Shown here: one piece after another, positions 61,670-64,000 of the stretch
Layout of the letters: every line of letters begins with the position of its first letter
Position numbering within the stretch: the first letter of the stretch is position 1
Source of the DNA: Candidatus Marinacidobacterales bacterium
Lineage (GTDB): Bacteria > Acidobacteriota > Vicinamibacteria > Marinacidobacterales > DATDRI01
Length of the DNA stretch: 64,000 nt
Direction: 5' to 3'
Assembly (NCBI GenBank): GCA_965226495.1
Contig: OZ245365.1
Span: 6,048,001-6,112,000, forward strand
Program-made: the position numbers and the translations under genes
The notes under the pieces: generated by a model
The model's database searches: none
What the model saw: the letters and a program-made list of their open reading frames with translations, nothing else
Told to the model about the DNA's origin: nothing

Positions 61670-62314
61670 ATGGACAGGAAATTCCGAGGGCGTGGACGGC
61701 AGCAGTTAGCAGTTATCTTACTAGTCGGTCTGGGCGTACTTGCGCAGGGTCAGGCCGCTCGAGCGGACGAGGAGCTTCAGCTCCGATTGGTGTGGGTCAA
61801 TGCGGCTACCGAATTCCCTTTGGCATTCGACCTAATGTCCGGAGAGGTGGATTTCATTTTCGCCGGCATGGAAATCGAGGTGGTGTGGAGTGACACGACT
61901 TCCGCCCTTCTCGACCAGGACATTCCGACGCTGAGGGTCGTCCTCACACCGACCGAACCTTCGACTTGGGGACTGGGAGAGGAGACGATGGGGGTGGCGC
62001 CGCGTGCCGGCGGGAACGGCGCATCGATCTACATCTTTCTGGGGAGCATTCTGCGAGTGCTGGGATTCGACCTAGACGGTGATCGGCGGATGAGTCCCGA
62101 GGACCGGCGGGCCATAGCACGCGCGGTCGCTAGGGTCGTAGCCCATGAAGTGATTCACGTTCTCGATGAACACCCGGGGCACGCTTCCCGAGGTATCGTC
62201 AGTCCGAAGCTGGACCGAGACTTCCTTAGTCAGCCAAAAGTGCAATTGTGGCCCGCGACAGCGCGGATGGTTCGCGCTGGGTTGCTTGCTTTATCTCAGA
62301 AACCGAGGACGTAG
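61670..62314 (+). CDS. Secreted protein with metzincin-like HExxHx6H motif
   Basis: Signal peptide ending ARA; AHEVIHVLDEHPGHASRGIV; GGAGG RBS. Confidence 0.75.
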   Translation: MDRKFRGRGRQQLAVILLVGLGVLAQGQAARADEELQLRLVWVNAATEFPLAFDLMSGEVDFIFAGMEIEVVWSDTTSALLDQDIPTLRVVLTPTEPSTWGLGEETMGVAPRAGGNGASIYIFLGSILRVLGFDLDGDRRMSPEDRRAIARAVARVVAHEVIHVLDEHPGHASRGIVSPKLDRDFLSQPKVQLWPATARMVRAGLLALSQKPRT

Positions 62315-63471
62315 TCGACGAACAGGCGATTCATCGTGGCCGCCTCACCGAGCTCGGGCTCGGTTCGGTACCACGTGAAGTTTAGAGATTGTCCCGCCGG
62401 CATGGCAACGCGGAAATCGACCCGGGTGCCGTTCAAATTGGATGCGCGGCTGGTGTCGGACTGGGTGTAAGCATAGAGAATGGCGTCGGGCTGCGAGTAG
62501 TAGTAGGTGAAGCGAATCGCGAGATCTCCAAAATTTCTTCCGCCTCCAACCGCGGCGCGAAAGAAAAAGCCGGTGTCGTTATCCGTTCCTGTTCCCTGGG
62601 CGCCGGTGCCGATCTCGGTACCGAGTTGGTTCTTGGCACCGGTGTTCTTGTAGTAGAAGAAACGAAAGGCCAAAGGCCAATCTTCAATCGATCCGTTGCG
62701 CCAGTCGGCGAAGGCGGTCAAAACGCGGAAATCGCTCACCAGCCGTCCCGACTCATCTAGCAAGTTGGTCACTCTGTTTCCCCCGAGCTCACCGGCGAGG
62801 GTCAGGTCCACAACGAGTTGAGGGTCGACGTAATAGTCGTAGCCCATACCAACCACAAGCGTGTCATGTTCTCCGATCTTGAATCGGGGGCGAACCTGAG
62901 CTCCGAGTAGCCAGGCGGCCTCTTCATCACCCTGCTCGAGAACGATCTGATAGACGCTCGCGCCAAGACGCTCTAGGATTCCCTCGTCTGCGCTTTCCAG
63001 CCTCAACCGCTGCATGAAGCCTTCCGTGGTCACGTCGCTGTCCCACTGCATATCCGAGACCACCCAATACCTGCGATGCTCGAATTTGCCGGCGACCACA
63101 TAGAAACTCTTGGCGAGTCGGAAGTCCGCGTAGACTTCGGCCAGCTTGAAGTCCTTTTTTCCGAGGCCTCCACCAAAGTCCTGATTGTCGGAGACGGGGT
63201 TTCTTGGATTGCCGCTCCGGAACTCGAATCCTGCGTCGAGGAAATCGTTGACGTCGGCTTCGACTCCAGCCCTCAATCGATATCGAAAGACGTCCTCGAA
63301 TTCCTCCCGCTTCCTCGCGTCATAGCGGAAACGCAAATCGGCGTAGAAGTCCATCTTCTCGTACCATTGCTTGGGTGGATCTTCAGGGGGGTCTTGAGGT
63401 TCTTGGGACTGGGCGAATAAAGAAGTGCCCAGAGTGAGCAGGGCGCAGGTGCACAAAAGAACTTTCTTCAC
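62296..63471 (-). CDS. Putative outer-membrane porin
   Basis: Signal peptide, DLRFRY/RYRLR beta-strands, C-terminal Phe. Confidence 0.75.
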   Translation of the reverse strand: MKKVLLCTCALLTLGTSLFAQSQEPQDPPEDPPKQWYEKMDFYADLRFRYDARKREEFEDVFRYRLRAGVEADVNDFLDAGFEFRSGNPRNPVSDNQDFGGGLGKKDFKLAEVYADFRLAKSFYVVAGKFEHRRYWVVSDMQWDSDVTTEGFMQRLRLESADEGILERLGASVYQIVLEQGDEEAAWLLGAQVRPRFKIGEHDTLVVGMGYDYYVDPQLVVDLTLAGELGGNRVTNLLDESGRLVSDFRVLTAFADWRNGSIEDWPLAFRFFYYKNTGAKNQLGTEIGTGAQGTGTDNDTGFFFRAAVGGGRNFGDLAIRFTYYYSQPDAILYAYTQSDTSRASNLNGTRVDFRVAMPAGQSLNFTWYRTEPELGEAATMNRLFVDYVLGF

Positions 63472-63568
63472 ATTCCTCTCTCTTGTTTGGATGGGCGGAT
63501 TTTCTCAAAGAGGCGCGTCAATGTGAAGCCCTTTTTTGGGAATCTTGATTCCTGACCGGAGTGGCACT

Positions 63569-64000
63569 ATGATGCGCCTCTCTATGGGCCAGCGTCCCCT
63601 CTCTTTCCCCCTAGTGGTAGGGGCCCTCGGCCTTTTCTCCGCCTGCGGGGGTGCGCCCGATGAGGTCAATGCACCGCCAGCCATCCGTTTGGTGGATGTC
63701 TTCCAAACGGCCGCCGTCGAGGGCGCGGCTTCCAATAGACCGGCTATCGCACCCACCGAGTGGCGCTTCGACAAGGGGCAGGGCCCAGACCTCTGGAAGT
63801 CCGGGCGGGGTGTCGCCGAGCTTACGGTGCGGGAGGGACGTCTCCGGGGAACCAGCACCAACGATTTTCCGATCGTCCACATAGAGCGAACAACCGAGCT
63901 CGACAACGTGGACCTCCTGCATAGCGTCGAGGTTCGGGTGCGGGTCTCCAAGGGAACCAATCTTTCGATGACTGTCATCGGCACGGAAGAGATCGATTTC
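63569..64000 (+). CDS. Lipoprotein, partial (N-terminus resembles acidobacterial sulfatase-family proteins)
   Basis: Manual translation MMRLSMG...LFSACGG...IRLVDVF...TEWRFD; open to window end; catalytic part not visible. Confidence 0.55.
   Translation, partial: MMRLSMGQRPLSFPLVVGALGLFSACGGAPDEVNAPPAIRLVDVFQTAAVEGAASNRPAIAPTEWRFDKGQGPDLWKSGRGVAELTVREGRLRGTSTNDFPIVHIERTTELDNVDLLHSVEVRVRVSKGTNLSMTVIGTEEIDF

Noticed and set aside
1-64000. tRNA, rRNA, prophage or integrase
   Set aside because: No such signatures found by eye; short RNAs could have been missed without covariance searches.

Overview
GC-rich bacterial chromosomal segment. The gene repertoire (Ser/Thr kinase-PD40, wHTH-TM-TolB_N-TPR regulators, Tat-exported amidases, PQQ-like propellers, GGGGTGGGGCCCC repeats) suggests Acidobacteriota, possibly Vicinamibacteria; this is inference. 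About 50 CDS, mostly peptide/amide/nucleoside scavenging (GGT, 2 amidases, 4 M20 hydrolases, OPT, 2 APC permeases, Dpp-type ABC parts, nucleoside hydrolase, adenosine deaminase), plus pyc, thiolase, a MetE-like protein, corA, a K+ channel, an IS1182 with terminal inverted repeats and an intact RelE/RHH TA pair. No rRNA, tRNA or CRISPR seen. Most notable: (1) two tandem membrane-anchored wHTH-TPR regulators with an identical 50-aa DNA-recognition segment, bracketed by a 35-bp direct repeat and divergent from a secreted HExxH protein; (2) a tandemly duplicated two-gene HTTM (vitamin-K-carboxylase/SdpAB-like) module whose N-termini are encoded by a palindromic repeat, flanked by two M20 paralogs with DDE in place of DEE; (3) several toxin-loss scars, including a 5-codon MIYLD* vapC stub; (4) a 3x11-bp operator-like repeat upstream of an OsmC-methyltransferase operon. 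Several single-base frameshifts may be assembly errors. All family assignments are from motif recognition, not database searches.
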